A stretch of DNA of 64,000 bases. It comes from Octopus sinensis (taxonomy: Eukaryota). This document shows positions 24,480 to 37,750 of the stretch, piece after piece. Position numbers and translations under genes: made by a program. Under the pieces are notes generated by a model that ran no database searches, had not been told where the DNA came from, and was given only the letters and a program-made list of their open reading frames with translations. The stretch's first letter is position 1. Every line of letters begins with the position of its first letter. The stretch spans positions 13,764,001 to 13,828,000 of the forward strand of contig NC_043006.1 in assembly GCF_006345805.1 (NCBI RefSeq), written 5' to 3'.

Positions 24480-26150
24480 AGACCCTTTGTAGTCTGAGTC
24501 ACGAAACAACAACATGTAACTGATCAGGGGAAAGGCAGTGATCTTCCAGTAGGTACGTCATCACTTTAACATTTTTCCCTTAAATTTGTTGATCATCACA
24601 GTCAATCAAACAGCAACTCGCAAATGTAGCCTTTTAATATTAAGTCGGTAAGAATAATGAGGGTTCTAGGAGTAGTCACGTTCTTCTCACCAGCAACGCA
24701 TTCTGTCAGAATCATTGCCTGAATCAGATACGAGGTCAGTTGTTTGAGCATTAAGTTGATGCCATTACACAACCAAGGAGTAGTCATTTTCCTAAGAAAA
24801 ATATTAGGTGACGCTTCTGTGAAATGACACATTATGTGGATTCAGACTGTTAAGGAATTCGCTAGGAAAGTTCAAAGTTTGTCGATGGTCTAATATGTTT
24901 GCAAATCTATAAACAAATCCATTGTCATGTAAGTGTTCGCTGATTATGTTTACAATTTTATTGATTAGATTTTTTCCATAGAGCCTGTTATATTGTTGTA
25001 GTTGTTCTATTGAATGTTAAGAAATACTGAAATATCTTGGTCTTTAACTGTTTATGTCTAAGAATTAATGTCCGCCATAAAAATACCTCTATTTAATCAA
25101 GCACAATAACCTATTGTTCAAATCCGACAAGTGACTGCCTTGTTACGGTAATGTCTCACGTTTGTTCCAGATTTGAACTGCTTAACAAGGTTTCAAAAAT
25201 GAGTTTATTTTGAACATTTTCTGATTTTATCAGCTTTCATTTTTCTTTTTTGGAATTACTGAACGTATCGAACGAAAGTCTGTTAATAAAACTACTGCTA
25301 CTCTACCAAAAGAAATATTTCTTCCTGGCACTGCTTTAGTTTCTGCTGTGGTGTTCAGGTGTTACAAAATTGCTTTAGTGTGCTGGTGTTCCTTTGCATC
25401 CAATGCCAATCAGAATGCCACGTGAGTTGTTTTATCTCCAAGCAGTAAAATAACTGCTAAGCTTATGTTCCCATGATATCTTAGTGCAGCTAGCAATATG
25501 TTTAACAAGGATTTTATATACCCTTTCAAGTGCGACGAGAAAGAATACTTCACGTTTTTTGTTACAAATATTTTCGAGAATTACGTTGAAGGCCTTTCTG
25601 TGACAATCAGATATATTTGCCTCTCAGCAACACATTAAGCTAGAGGCTCAACGATGTTGACGTTGAGCTTCAGTTTGTTAACCTGAGCCAGTCCATATTT
25701 ATGCAACCAATTGTCAAAATTGTGTACACAATTACACTTAGAGCTATGCTGAAGATGGCATCACTGAATTTAGTGTCAAACTCAGGATTATGCTTCTGCA
25801 CTTGATAGAGGTTTTCTTTAGATTTTAGATCAATAAAAGATGACGGTTCATACTCTTTTAAAGATTTACAAGGCGGCTTCGTAACTTTAAAAGTGTCTTA
25901 AGACGGCTTCCCTCATAGTTGCACTTTATTGATCATTTATATGAAGCCTCGCCTAAAACATGTTTCTCAGCATATAATGCAAATGCGGTCATCTATCGTT
26001 CGAAGATTATCGGATTGTTTGGGTCTTCTGATTCCATGTAAGAACATGTTTAAATAGAACTTTCTTACTGGCTTGGGATGTACAATATCGATTCTTCTCA
26101 AAGTGGATTCCAATTTAATATTCTTCTGCATTCAAAAAGAACACATTTAT
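24480..26150 (-). pseudogene. Decayed Helitron Rep/Pif1-helicase ORF
   Basis: Hand translation in collinear order: VHPKPVRKFYLNMFLHGIRRP..NLRTID; FFLVA..ILLAALRYHGNISLAV; FGRVAVVLLTDFRSIRSVIP; FPSEFLNSLNP; LRKMTTPWLCNGINLMLKQL..ILTECVAGE..PR; MINKFKGK..DQLHVVVS. Confidence 0.75.
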
Positions 26151-26498
26151 AAATTTGTTTATTTATTTATTTTACATTTGTCATGTTTCCTTGTTCGATG
26201 AGTAATTTGAAGAAATTTTATCTTTTAGTCAAAGAGGTATGACAATGTTCATGACCCTTTACGCGACTTTTAAGACTTGGGAAAGGAAGGTAGCCTGAAG
26301 CTGGTAACTTGGCTTCTATGATTGCAACTAAGTGGCGTCTGCGAAAGGCATCCAAGATGTTAAGTGGTGCTGCTAAAATGAATGGTGGACTAAGTCCACC
26401 GTCCATGTAAGCTATGGTGAGATACCAGCAGCATTAGGTTTGACACCTTTACAGTTCCATCAGTCTACCTCACTGAATTGGTACTTTTTTATCTACTA

Positions 26499-26944
26499 CT
26501 AGCAGTATCGCCCAGCGTTGCTCGGGTTTGTAAGGGAAATAACTATATAAGCATTTTTAGAGAGCTACTTCCCTTATAGATGCCAATTCGGGCTTTCTTA
26601 GCCATTTCTGTTTTGGTGTCTTCAAGCCATGAAGTCGTTGTTCTAAAGGAACGCTGGTCTCCTTGACAACGCTTTACGACGTTGATTTCCTTACATTCCC
26701 TTCCCCACAGCTTCAGGAGGGAGGGAAGAAGGGGGAGAAGCAAACAGGTGCAGATGTGAGAGTGGACGCCAACTCCGCCGCCATCGACACACGAAAAATT
26801 ATGCATTAATACTCAGACGGGCTTGATATGAATCACGACTATAAGATACCCGAATTTGGTTAAACTGCACCGCAAAATGTGGGAGTAAGGAATCTAAATC
26901 GAAGGGGACAGACACTCACACAACTACAGTTTTATATATATAGA
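26499..26944 (-). mobile_element. Non-autonomous Helitron, variant interior
   Basis: TC start at 26944, CTAG end at 26499, hairpin shared with other copies; middle ~230 bp differs. Confidence 0.85.
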
Positions 26945-27179
26945 TGAAAGGAAAAGTTGACTTCAGTGGGATGTGAACTCAGAGTGCAGCGATTCGGAAA
27001 AAATATCAATAGGCTTTCTGTTTGACGTTCTAACGACTTTGCCAATTTGATTTTATTGATAATTAATGATCGTTCATCGAGTCCGAGAAAGACGGTTCTG
27101 CAATTTGATGGACAAACTGCACAGGTGATTTGTTTGTAATGATCAAAAATTCGTGTTGCACCTAAACTCACATCCTTCA

Positions 27180-27352
27180 TCTAATCATCGTGGCCTGAAC
27201 AGGTGCACTATGTTCCACGCGTCAAGTGTCGAAATGATCACAGATCAACGTGAAATGAAGTGTTTTGCTTAAGAACACAACCCACCACCCGGTCTGGAAA
27301 TCGAACCGACGATCTCGCGTGAAACACCTTAACCACTAGGTCATGCAGCCTC
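27180..27352 (-). mobile_element. Diverged tRNA-head SINE (family D)
   Basis: Reverse complement CTAGTGGTTAAGG..GGTTCGATTTCC followed by TTGTGTTCTTAAGCAAAACACTT. Confidence 0.55.
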
Positions 27353-27675
27353 ACTGCTATTGATAAGAAATACACGAACAAATACATCCGTTTAGCAAAT
27401 TTTAAGTAAAGTTATTTATGCAGTACCGTTTTTGTATATATAACGTCTTAAACTAGAGATTTCTGTATTGCATTTATATGTCCATTACCAAGATGATCTC
27501 TGCATTTCTAAGTGGTTACTTATATTTGGTATGGTTAAAAAATCGAAGATTCCTCGAGGAAGTCTCATTTCCTCTAAAACATCTGTCCATTTAACATTGG
27601 CTTACTTCAACAATCACGTTTTCTTTTTAAACAAAAGCAGTAACATCAGAGCCTGTGTACTTGTGAGAACCACGA

Positions 27676-27746
27676 CTAGCGAGACCCTCGGAGCCAGTGA
27701 GACCCTCGGAGCTAGCGAGACCCTCGGAGCTAGCGAAACCCTCGGA
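27676..27746. repeat. 18-bp minisatellite, ~4 copies
   Basis: CTAGCGAGACCCTCGGAG unit. Confidence 0.9.
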
Positions 27747-29109
27747 AATTCTGTGTTTCACTATTAGAATATAACTACATGAAGCAACTTATTTAGTAAA
27801 AACTATAAACCCTTTTAGCATCGTGTATTTTCTTCGTTAATCAAAATATTCAGTTTTCCCAGTTATAAAATTAAAACATTATTTTACTCCTTATCATTTA
27901 TTATTGTATTTATTATGCATAATAGCAATTGGTTTTTCATATAAGTGTAAACATTTTTGTAAGTATAATGTTTCTTCTTTCAAATAAAATTTTTAGAGAG
28001 TGACACAAAAGGCAGGTGAGAAGGAAAGCACGTTTTCATGCATTCATAGATTAATATACAGGAACTTGTTTAAACTGACGAATGGCAGAATTGGCAATAC
28101 GTCGGAGAAGTTCTTTAGTATACTTATTCCAACTGCTCACTCTTGGATTTTTAATCTTACGAAAGTCAACATAAAGTTTATAATAGATATGACTTTTTGA
28201 ATAAAACGTCTGGAGCGTGACAAAAAAGTTAGTTATGTAAGTAGATACTATTGTATCCTAATATAATTAGATTCATAGTTAAAAAAAACTTCCTTATTTT
28301 AGTGTTTTCCAGAACATTTTGTTATTCTTTGATAAGTATTCCTTATTCGGTCCACTTGAAAATTTATTACCATAAAGGTCCAAAATCTTGCTGATGACAA
28401 TTTGCTCCGCATATTTTCTTGTCTTTTCTTCCTTTTTGTCTATTTTAGCTTCATTAAGCTCTTGATGTTTCTGTTCTGTTTCGAACTGCCAACTATTCGT
28501 TTCACCAATCCTATTTTATTCAAGATTTTATTGTCTTCGTTGAGGGTCGTCCCTCTCGTGGCTTTTAGGTATCATCTTCAATAACTGTCAGTGAAATAAG
28601 TTGATTTTCAATTAGAATGCATTGTAGTTATCTTAGCAATTTGCATTTCATAATTACTTGACAAACTTGGTAATTGAATGACGTCTTCTAGGAATTTATA
28701 TCCTTATGCATGCATAAATTAAATAGCAATTAAAAAACGAGAGTCCGCGTGTTCCTATACAGAGAAAGAAAAGGGAAGGGTCAAACAGGGGCGATAGATT
28801 ATCTTGTCTTGAACTCAACCCAGCATTCCTGTGGCCTTCCTTCTATACACAGATGTGCTGTGTGTGTATGTATGCGTGTGAGTGTGTGTGTATGTGTGCG
28901 TGCGCGTGCGTGCGTTTCCATTTACCAAAGTCAAATTAAAATCGGTGCTGCTTTGGTGCGTGAGTTGCGTAACTTAACAGCTTCAAACCAATCCAAACAG
29001 AGATGGTCATCTAAGGGTTTGGAAACGGTTCTGTTTCTGCATAGAGAGGAAAAGAAAGCACCAAGTATAACGGTACAATGTCCCATTCTTCCACCAACTG
29101 TATATTGAG

Positions 29110-29299
29110 AGATTCGGGCACTTCAAAACATGATGATGATGATGATGATTATGGTGGTGGTGGTGGTGGTGGTGGTGATGATGATGATGATGATGATGAT
29201 GACGACGATGATGGTGGTGGTGGTGGTGATGGTGGTGGTGGTGGTGATGATGATGATGATGATGATGATGGTGGTGGGTGGTGGTGGTGGTGGTGGTGA

Positions 29300-29333
<34 letters not shown>

Positions 29334-29452
29334 GGTGATGATGATGATGATGGTGGTGGTGGTGATGGTGGTGGTGGTGATGATGATGATGATGATGATG
29401 ATGATGACGATGATGGTGGTGGTGGTGGTGATGGTGGTGGTGGTGGTGATGA

Positions 29453-29486
<34 letters not shown>

Positions 29487-29502
29487 GGTGGTGGTGGTGT
29501 GA

Positions 29503-29536
<34 letters not shown>

Positions 29537-29647
29537 GGTGGGATGATGATGATGATGGTGGTGGTGGTGGTGGTGGTGATGATGGATGATGGTGGTGGTG
29601 GTGTGGTGGTGATGATGATGATGATGATGGGGTGGTGGTGGTGGTGG

Positions 29648-29681
<34 letters not shown>

Positions 29682-29686
29682 GGTGG

Positions 29687-29717
<31 letters not shown>

Positions 29718-29722
29718 GGTGA

Positions 29723-29756
<34 letters not shown>

Positions 29757-29761
29757 GGTGG

Positions 29762-29792
<31 letters not shown>

Positions 29793-29803
29793 GGTGGTGA
29801 TGA

Positions 29804-29835
<32 letters not shown>

Positions 29836-29893
29836 TGGTGGTGATGATGATGATGATCATCATCATCATCATCATGATCATGAGGATCATGAT

Positions 29894-29927
<34 letters not shown>

Positions 29928-29987
29928 AGATGATGATTATGATGATGATGATGATGATGATGATAATGATTATGATGATGATGATGA
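29110..29987. repeat. Long compound (GAT)n/(GGT)n microsatellite
   Basis: Direct reading. Confidence 0.95.
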
Positions 29988-31790
29988 TCCTTTCTTTATT
30001 AGCCACAAGGGCCGACTAAAATAAAATTGGATATTACAAAACGCGAAGGACAAAGCGGGGGTTACATAAAGTGTCGTGTAAAAAGTCGATAACAATGAAA
30101 AATATCTGTTATTACCGTTCACGTCCAGGAGCACTATCTTAACTTCTGGGTCCAAGAAGACTGACCTTATTTTGAGATCCAGACCTTTCGGGAACAATAC
30201 CTATTTCTTTATTACCCACAAGGGGCTGAACATAGAGGGGACAAACAAGGACAGACATAGGTATTAAGTCGATTACATCGACCCCAGTGCGTAACTGGTA
30301 CTTAATTTATCGACCCCGAAAGGATGAAAGGCAAAGTCAACCTCGGCGGAATTTGAACTCATAACGTAACGACAAGCGAAATACCTATTTCTTTATTACC
30401 CACAGGGACTAAACATACAGGGGACAAACATGGACAGACATAGTATTAAGTCGATTACATCGACCTCAGTGCGTAACTGGTACTTAATTTATCGACCCCG
30501 AAAGGATGAAAGGCAAAGTCAACCTCGGCGGAATTTGAACTCATAACGTAACGACAAGCGAAATACCTATTTCTTTATTACCCACAAGGGGCTAAACATA
30601 GAGGGGACAAACAAGGACAGACATAGGTATTAAGTCGATTACATCGACCCCAGTGCGTAACTGGTACTTAATTTATCGACCCCGAAAGGATGAAAGGCAA
30701 AGTCAACCTCGGCGGAATTTGAACTCATAACGTAACGACAAGCGAAATACCTATTTCTTTATTACCCACAAGGGGCTAAACATACAGGGGACAAACATGG
30801 ACAGACATAGGTATTAAGTCGATTACATCGACCTCAGTGCGTAACTGGTACTTAATTTATCGACCCCGAAAGGATGAAAGGCAAAGTCAACCTCGGCGGA
30901 ATTTGAACTCATAACGTAACGACAACCGAAATACCTATTTCTTTATTACCCACAAGGGGCTAAACATACAGGGGACAAACATGGACAGACATAGGTATTA
31001 AGTCGTTTACATCGACCCCAGTGCGTAACTGGTACTTAATTTATCGACCCCGAAAGGATGAAAGGCAAAGTCAACCTCAGCGGAATTTGAACTCACAACG
31101 TAACGACAAGCGAAATACCTATTTCTTTATTACCCACAAGGGGCTAAACATAGAGGGGACAAACAAAGACAGACATAGGTATTAAGTCGATTACATCGAC
31201 CCCAGTGCGTAACTGGTACTTAATTTATCGACCCCGAAAGGATGAAAGGCAAAGTCAACCTCGGCGGAATTTGAACTCACAACGTAACGACAAGCGAAAT
31301 ACCGTTAAGCATTTCGCCTGGCGTGCTAACGTTTCTGCCAGCTCTCCGCCTTATTTCGGGAACAATACCGCGGTACCCGCCACCACCCGTTCCCCGCCGA
31401 CAAGGAGGTGCGTAGATCTCGTAGTCATCGAAAATGGGCATGAAAGCTCACGGCTCGGTTAGTCTGGATTCAGTAATGGCTATTTCATCTATTCCTCGTG
31501 ACCTGAGGTCGTTGAGGAGCTGACTTTGTTTCCAAGGGGACCTCAGGCGACATACATTTATGAAAACTATTTTGAGTATGACCATTTGAGTGGCTGGTAA
31601 GGAGAGGATTACTTACCGTTAGCACTCTGGGGTGGGAGTGGGAAAGATGCTCCGCTCCTTCAGTGGGGTGTGGTAGGACCAAGGATTTACAGAGGCTCCA
31701 GGGCACTTTCGTGTTGAAGTCTTCAACCGCCTGTGGGAATTTGGATTTTATATTGCTGTATGTGAGGTGGCGGCGTGTTATCCGTGGGGA
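29988..31790 (-). mobile_element. Internally deleted Tx1/L1-like remnant (APE N-terminus fused to 3' terminus), split by a SINE array
   Basis: LLNDLRSRGIDEIAITESRL ... GTAVLF|PKGLDLKIRSVFLDPEVKIVLLDV reads across the SINE insertion; ends CCCTTGTGGCTAATAAAGAAAGG. Confidence 0.65.
30202..31353 (-). mobile_element. SINE family B tandem hexamer with 16-bp TSD
   Basis: Units start at 30202, 30386, 30568, 30752, 30936 and 31120; TSD TTTCGGGAACAATACC at 30186-30201 and 31354-31369. Confidence 0.92.
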
Positions 31791-32139
31791 AAGCAATGTC
31801 AGTCATTGTCATGTTTGTATTTTTCTTAATTTATGATAGTTTGTGCTGTCTGTGTTTATGGCGGTGAGTTTTGCGGTGTTTTTCTTATCAAAAGGATTGT
31901 TAAATGTACATAATAGCAAACGCCATTTGCTGTCATCTTAACACCAGACTATCATCTTACCATCAAATTACTTTTAAAACAAACTTCTAATGTTCTTATG
32001 TTTTGACGGACACTAGAGCAATACGCTTTGCAAAACTTAATATATGGTACTCTAGTCATAATACCGACTTAAACTTCTAACTTGTTTTTTCTTGAGGTCT
32101 CTGGGTAAGACCTGGAGTCAACTTGAAGAAAGCAAAACG

Positions 32140-32469
32140 ATGAAGAAGAAGAAGAAGAAGAAGAAGTGGAAGAAGAAGAAGAAGAAGAAGAAGAAGAAGA
32201 AGAAGAAGAAGAAAAGAACAAGAAGAAGAACAAGAAGAAGAACAAGAAGAAGAACAAGAAGAAGAAGAACAAGAAGAAGAAGAAAGAAGAAGAAGAAGAA
32301 GAACAAGAAGAAGAACAAGAAAGAAGAAGAAGAAGAAGAAGAAGAAAGAAGAAGAAGAAGAAGAAGAAGAAGAAGAAGAAGAAGAAGAAGAAGAAGAAGA
32401 AGAAGAAGAAGAAGCTCACGAGTACATTTCCCCTTTGAAATCCACGATCAGAGTTCGATGATGATGATG

Positions 32470-32530
<61 letters not shown>
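32140..32530. repeat. (GAA)n and (AAT)n microsatellites
   Basis: Direct reading. Confidence 0.95.
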
Positions 32531-32531
<1 letters not shown>

Positions 32532-33020
32532 GCCAATAAACCAGATATTGTTGTGAAAGACCAAAACAATAAAGTTTGCTTATTGATCTACATGAGCATC
32601 CCCTGTGATCATAATATCTCGGCGAAAGAGTTTGACAAGCTCAGAAAATATAAAGACCTGCTCATTGAAATTGAGAAAATGTGGCATCTCAAGGCGGTTA
32701 TAATACCAGTGATCTTAGGAGCACTAGGAATGATCAAGAAGGGAACCGAAAATTATATGAGAATGATCCCTGGCTTACCATCCCTGCAAGAAGTGCAAAA
32801 GATTGTCTTAACTGGTACATCACACGTATTGAGAAGAGCATTGTCGATGTGAGAACTATTACTACCCATGTATTTTAATTTAACTTTAAAAAAAATTTTT
32901 TTTTTAATTGAACGAACTAGTGAGTTTAGTTTAATGGCCTACCAATGTATACTATGAGTTTCTTTGCCCTAGGAGTCGGGAAGACACTCGGCAAGAAATG
33001 GAAGCAAATTTGAAAGAAGA
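32530..33020 (+). mobile_element. 5'-truncated R4/Dong-like LINE family B (RLE domain + 3' UTR)
   Basis: ANKPDIVVKDQNNKVCLLI..KYKDL..RRALSM*; (AAT)n on both sides. Confidence 0.88.
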
Positions 33021-33461
33021 AGAAAAAAAAAGATAACAATAATAATAATAATAAGAGAAGACACCGGGGACGTTAAACAGAGAAGACATCGGGGACGTTA
33101 AACATGTGAGAGCGATAAAACTGTGCTCCGAAATCTATCCACAAACATCGGAAACAAAGACATCGCATGGAGCTAAAAAATAACTGACAAAGGATTGGAC
33201 TATATCCGAGTAAGTAATACTCATTGAAATTTATTACTATTTTCAAAACGAAATGATGTATTTTAACTCGATATCAACTCCATGCTTGATACATTACGAT
33301 CCCTCAACACCAGATCATCTCCGGTCCCAAACACCATGTACAAAAAAACTACGAATAAATTAAATAATACCGGTATTATTCAACCCAAGAATAACAATCG
33401 GGAAGTACGTACTGTAAACTTACAACATAAAATGTACGAAATACAACACGTGTAAAACAAT

Positions 33462-36400
33462 GTGACAACAGAAATGAACGGACCGGTACCCTACGAAAAT
33501 GACGACCGTCAAAATAACGGGCCAGACGTTGTTCCTCATGTCCCGCAAATAAAACCCAAAAGACATAAATGGACACGTGAGGAATACATTTCTATCCTAC
33601 ACGCTTACTTTACAGCAGTGCTCTACCCAAAGAATGACAATACAACAACACATACATACAAAATATGGAAGAAAAAATAACATAAATAAAGACCTGGATA
33701 CAACAATGAACCCTAATAAACTAGCAAATATACGGAGATATATTCTCAACGCAAAAAAAAATATCAGAAATAGAATAGAACATTTAAAAGAAAAAATACA
33801 TCAGGAAAATGTAGATAGAAGCCACACAACAATGCCCAATAATATAAACACTGAAACAGTAAAACACGAAGACAAACGTAACATTTCCAACAAAAACGAT
33901 GTAAACAAAAAACAACAAACCCAGACCGTAAGGATACATAGTAATACACGACAAACAGCAAGCCAAAACACGACAAACAAACATACGGACGAGATAGAAA
34001 GCGACACAAATCTAAAACCTGGAAACAACGAAGGGGAGCCTAATGATTATGAAACTATAAAAAGTAGAATAATCAAAGAACTGAAAACCACAGAGCTCAA
34101 AATGGACCACCGACCATACCTCCCAAAAATCAAAATAGACAAAACAACAACATCAATTATAAACAACATAAACCTAGCCGTCACGGAACTAATAGCCACT
34201 GAAACAAAAAGCGATATCACTGAGATAAATGACTTAGTATACGCAGCAGCCACTACAGCCACAAAGAAGCTGGATACTCACTCAAACCCATCCAAACAGG
34301 AGTACCACCGCCCAAAAAAACTCTGTGGATAAATAACATCCAAAACAAAATACAAAAAATGAGAAAAGATCTGTCGATTCTTAATGAAATCGGTAGACAA
34401 TCTACGCTACTGAGCAACAAAAAGAAAACAAAAATACTCCGCAAATACAACACCTCAGAAAAAGATTTACCTGAGATAAAAGAAAAGCTGAAGCAAGATA
34501 TCCTTGCCAAAGCACAAAGGATCCGCCGGTACGAGAAACGCCAACGTTTCTTTGAACAAAACAAAAAGTTCAACACCAACCCCAAAACGTTCTACCAAGA
34601 AATTGACAAAAATAAAATAGAAATCACTGCAGCACCAACGGCAGAAGAAGTGGAAGAATTCTGGAGAGAAATATGGTCGGCGAACGAACAACCAAAACAA
34701 AGGAGTATTAAAAGAACAAACTCAGCATCTGAGCAACTTTGAACCCCCATAACAACTGAAGAGGTCATCCAGGCACTGCAAAGACTAAGCAACTGGAAGG
34801 CACCTGGGCGTGACAAGATCCCCAACTTCTGGTTGATATATCTAACAGGAATGCACAAAATGCTGGCTCGAAAATTTTAACAACATACTGGCAGAGCCAG
34901 AGACAATGCCTGCGTGGCTCACGAAGGGAAAAAACCATCTGAATTCTCAAATCAAATGAGACAGCAAAACCAGAAAACTACAGACCTATAACCTGTCTCC
35001 CTACAATGTACAAAGCATTTACTGCAGTAATATCGCAAAGATTGAACAAGCAGCTGGACGAAAACAAACTGTTCCCAGAAGAGCAGAAAGGATGCCGCAA
35101 AGGCTCATATGGCTTTAAAGATCAAATAATAATCAATAAAGCCATAACTGAAGACAGCCACAGAAAGAAGAAAGGCCTTCAGTATGGCCTGGATCGACTA
35201 CAAAAAGGCGTTTGATAGCATCCCCCACACATGGATTCTCGAAACACTAGCCATGAATAAAGTTGCACCAACAATTATAAAGTACATAGGACACTCTATG
35301 AATAAATAGCAAACAGTGCTACAGCTCCAAACAAAAGAAGGACTTGTGAAAACCAAAGCCATCCCCATTAGAAGAGGAATATTCCAGGGAGATACGCTCT
35401 CTCCACTCCATTTCTGCTTGGCACTGTCACCTCTATCGGATATGCTAAACAGAACTGGATGCGGATATAAATGTTACGGCAGAAAGATCAGCCACCTTTT
35501 ATATATGGATGACCTAAAACTATGCGCTACAAATGACAAACATCTGGAAACACTACTAAAGACAGTTCATGGATTTACCAAAGACATAGATATGAAATTT
35601 GGATTAGAGAAATGCGCCAAAGTAACCCTGAAAAGAAGAAAACTAATTAAGAGTAGCAACATCACACTAGATAAAACCAATGAAATAAAAGAATTAGACC
35701 AAAGCCAAACTTACAAATACTTAGGAATCTATGAACTAGATAAGACACAACACACACAAATGAAATAGAAAATAAAAAAAAGAATATTATAGACGAGTTA
35801 GATCAATACTAAAAACAGAGCTCAATGCTAAAAACAAGATAATATGTATCAACACTTCAGCCGTCCCAGTTATAAGTTACAGCCACAATATCCTTAACTG
35901 GACACTAAATGAACTGACCAAAATAGATAGGAAAACAAGAAAAATAATGACAGGATCTAGGATGCATCACCCAAAATCTGACATAGAAATGCTATATATA
36001 CAACTTATAGATGGTTGTAGAGGCCTTATATAACTGGAAAACTACTATAAAATAACCACCATAGTATTGCAAAAATATCTACTTCAGAAGGAAGGAAAAC
36101 TTATACAAATAGCGACAAAACACGAGCAAAACAAAAACCTGTTCTCAGTATTTAAGGAAGCTGACAAATACAAACAAGAAATCATACCACCTAACAAATA
36201 TGAAGAAGAAGAAGAAGAAGAAGAAACAACAAAAGCTATAAAACAAATGAAATTCAAACTAAAAATAGAACAGCAAAGAACCATGATAAAACGATGGCAA
36301 GAAAAGCCCCTTCATGGCAAATACTGGACTAAACTAAATGTAAAAGAAATAGACAAAGAAAAATCCCAACAATGGTCGAGAAGCTCAGGACTCAAAGCAG

Positions 36401-37155
36401 AGACAGAGGGATTTTTAATTGCAGCACAAGACCAAAGCCTCCCCACCAGAAATTACCAAAAACATGTAATGAAAAGAAATATAACAAGTAACTGCAGAAT
36501 ATGTGGAGATGGACAAGAAACAATAAATCATATTATCTCTGGCTGCCCAGTCCTGGCTAAGAAGGAATATATTCACAGACACGACAGAGTTGGAACATAT
36601 ATACACTGGAACACTATGCCAACATTTTGGAATAACAACAGAAAAAAGATGGTATAGGCACACACCAGAAAAGGTCACAGAAAACGAGAAAGCAACCATA
36701 CTCTGGGATATGCCGATACACACAGATAGAGAAATTAAGGTCAACAGACCAGATATAGTTGTCAGAGATCATGAAGAAAAAAATGTTTTCTAATTGATGT
36801 ATCAATACCAGCGGATGACAACGTTTCTCTAAAAGAAATGGAGAAACTTTCAAAATACAAAGACCTGGAAATAGAGGTAACCAGAATGTGGAATCTAAAA
36901 ACATAAACAATTCCTATCATAATAGGTGCATTAGGCATGATATAAAATATTCAGACAAATACATAACAAAAACACCAGGACTTACAAACACATATAATAT
37001 ACAGAAAATTGCACTACCAGGCACTGCACACATCCTACGCAGAACACCTTCCATACAATAACCATCAGAGCATCACAACAAATCACAGCACATACCCAAG
37101 GCACACAGAGCTGGGCTCGGTAGTGAAGTGAAAGCACGATATAAAAAATCTACTA

Positions 37156-37160
<5 letters not shown>
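33462..37160 (+). mobile_element. Near-full-length R4/Dong-like non-LTR retrotransposon (family A), inactivated
   Basis: N-terminal RHKWTREEY; RT motifs NYRPITCL, EEQKGCRKG, DYKKAFDSIPH, RGIFQGDTLSP, LYMDDLKL, YKYLG; CCHC CRICGDGQETINHIISGC; RLE RPDIVV/IDVSIP/KYKDL; many stops and frameshifts; (AAT)n tail. Confidence 0.93.
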
Positions 37161-37223
<63 letters not shown>

Positions 37224-37249
37224 TAATAACAATAATAATAATAACAATA

Positions 37250-37750
37250 ATGGAAAAGGTCACAGAAACCGAGAAAGCAACCATACTCTGAGATATGCCA
37301 ATACACACAGATAGAGAAATTAAGGCCAAATGCCAGATATAGTTGTCAGAGATCTTTAATTTAAAAAAAAATGCTTTATAATTGATATATCAATACATAC
37401 AGATGACAACGTTTCCCTAAAAGAAATGGAGAAACTTTCAAAATACAAAGACCTGGAAATAGATCTAACTCGAATGTGGAATCTAAAAACAGAAACAATT
37501 CCGATCATATTAGGTGCATTAAGTATGATAAAAAAATATTCAGACAAATACATAACAAAAACACCAGGACTTACAAATATATATAACATACAGAAAATAG
37601 TAATACTGGATATTGCACACATACTACGTAAAACACTTTCGATACAGTAAAAATAAGAGCACCATAACAAACCACAGCACATACCCAAGGCACACAGAGC
37701 TGCGCTCGGTAGTGAAGTGAAAGTACGCTATAAAAATAAAACTACTGAAT
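37250..37750 (+). mobile_element. 5'-truncated R4/Dong family A copy (RLE + 3' UTR)
   Basis: Repeats ~36665-37160; (AAT)n on both sides. Confidence 0.9.

Noticed and set aside
30202-31353. Regular array resembling CRISPR
   Set aside because: Units are near-identical 184-bp SINE fragments with no unique spacers and no cas genes; the context is eukaryotic.
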